A DNA stretch of 64,000 nt from Podarcis bocagei. Taxonomy: Eukaryota. Each line of letters starts with the position of its first letter. The stretch's first letter is position 1. The notes below the pieces were generated by a model. The model was not told where the DNA came from and searched no databases. It saw nothing but the letters and a program-made list of their open reading frames with translations. The stretch lies in NCBI GenBank assembly GCA_964188305.1, contig OZ076890.1; one strand, given 5' to 3'. This document shows, piece by piece, positions 62,116-64,000 of this stretch. Both the position numbers and the translations under genes were made by a program.

Positions 62116-63107
62116 AATTTATTAACAAGTTACACAGAAGTGATAATAAAGTAGCATTTGGGCATCTACCAAAAATGATGATGGGGCTTGTATCAATGAA
62201 TGATTATATGTGTTATATTACTTTACTTTATTTATAACTCTTCCTCAGAAAAGCCCAGGGCAGCATATGTAACACATATGAACAAAATACAATAAAACAA
62301 TAGGAAATACGTATATACACTAAAAATAAGCAACAAATCAATTAAAAGACAAATGCATAACTGTTTAATTTATGAAACTGCAAAAGACTGGACACATTAA
62401 AAAGTTTTCAATTGGCTTCTGAAACCCATTAATACAGACCCCCCCCCTTTTCCCATCCTCCTCACATACTTATATCCCAGCATGCGGAAAACTAGTAAAT
62501 TGCAGGGAAGGCTTCATATACCTCTCTCCTTGGTAATCTGTTTTACTACATGCATTGGAGTATTTTCCATGGGAGGGTATCTATTGATATCCTGATTAAC
62601 TGCAATACCTGGCTGATGGGCACTGCATTGAGCTTGATGTGTCACAAGTGGTACAGGCAAAAAAAGGGGAAGTAATGTATATGGTGTCAAAACTGAATTT
62701 TTGAAATATTTTTAATATGCAAAGTTTTAGGACCTCCCTCATTTCATATCACCAGATATAACTGAGCCCATTGCATATATTGACGTTATGAAAAAATACT
62801 GACTTTTCCTGTAATTTTTCATAGTTGCTGTTCCTTAACATGAAGTCTGGCACAGACCAGCCAGCAAGATTAATGCTATCTACTGAAGTTCACCTTTTTC
62901 TACCACAGTCATTAACATTACTCATCCTCAAAGCTCACAGGATGCTGGCGGAAGTTAATACCTCGGAGGGGGGTGGGGGTGGGATTCTTTTAATTCTCAG
63001 AAATAGAGTAATATGCATTAATAAGGCAGAAGAAACTTATCTTGTTTAATTTTAGATTCAGACTATGCTAAGTAAATTCTCTAACCAAGTTTTGAATTAA
63101 AAGTGTT

Positions 63108-63536
63108 AAGGTAGTCGTTGGCATCTGTCTGTCTTGGGAGACAATGGAAAAGTGCACCTTCGGGGTTAAAGTCAAACCATTTGAGAGTTACAGCACCTGC
63201 TGTGGCTGTAGAGACCAACAGGGGAGAGGCAAGACTTGTTGTCGTTGGGGCAGATGGAAGGTGTCCAGTTGTGCCACTACAAATGCACCACGGCATTTCT
63301 TCTCTCTGTGTTTCTCCCAGTGGTCGTTTCTCCTCTGGTCACTGCTATGGATGCATGACCTGACAGTCTCCAAGCACTGCAGTCATCTGCAAGGAATTCC
63401 CACAGGCTGTGGCTGATGTTGCCAGTTTTCATGTCTCATTTGCCGGCGTCTTTGATCTGCCAATGGGCCTCATGCCTGAAGCTAGTTCTCCATAGAGCAC
63501 TTCCTTGGGGAGTCTGCCATCTTCCAGTATGCAACA
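63108..63536 (-). mobile_element. RTE-clade LINE 3' fragment
   Basis: Minus strand EDGRLPKEVLYGELASGMRPIGR...GLYSHSRCC C-terminal motifs and short repeat tail. Confidence 0.8.
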
Positions 63537-64000
63537 TAAAGGTGCTGATATTGACTGAACTTATGGAATTGTTATCAGAATTGCTGAGCTAATGTATGTG
63601 AAGTGCTTTGAAACTCAAAAAGCCGTATATAGATGCATTTAGCATTCATTATCAGGATATGCCATATCCATTTCAAGTCACACTTTTAATTAAATCCTTG
63701 TGAGATATCTAGTGATATCCTGACAAAAGGTAGCCAGAGAATGAGATTTACACATAAAATGAGGCTTTTCATGCACATAGAAGGAACTGTAAAGGTAAAT
63801 CAGATGTTTATCCCAATGTAGAAGTTGTTTGCACTGCATTGCTTACAATGTGGTGTACATTTACTGATGCAATCAGATGTACTTACTGATTAACATGCAG
63901 AGTAGAGTACAAATTTTTGATATGCATGAAAATATGCCTCTCATTGAAAGTGCACAAAATAACTTAGTTCAACAATTTCCACATTCATATGCACATTCAG

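Noticed and set aside
1-64000. CRISPR arrays, operons, rRNA genes
   Set aside because: Eukaryotic repeat-rich DNA; no regularly spaced repeats or rRNA similarity seen

Overview
AT-rich vertebrate genomic DNA, almost certainly from a squamate reptile and most likely a lacertid lizard (Sauria SINEs with ACCTTT tails, a Squam3-like CORE-SINE, young L1/L2 LINEs). I could not support any host protein-coding exon, so this looks like an intergenic region or large intron. All credible long ORFs belong to retroelements: an L1 (ORF1 C-terminus plus EN/RT ORF2) at 14.4-18.3 kb and a near-intact L2 RT at 31.4-33.2 kb. The rest is CR1, L2, RTE and DIRS-like relics, hAT and Tc1/pogo MITEs with verifiable TSDs, SINEs and microsatellites. 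Two things stand out. (1) A family of about 0.75-0.95 kb non-coding, TSD-less elements (four copies with a shared core plus one weaker relative) showing TATA-like box, poly(A) signal, imperfect terminal inverted repeats in some copies, and helices that covary between copies, one of which buries the AATAAA. (2) A graded series of reduced L1 derivatives: one lacking the ORF2 C-terminus, one ORF1-only 'half-L1', and a 1.1 kb non-coding element with an L1-type YY1 5' end. All calls are by-eye; family names need database confirmation.
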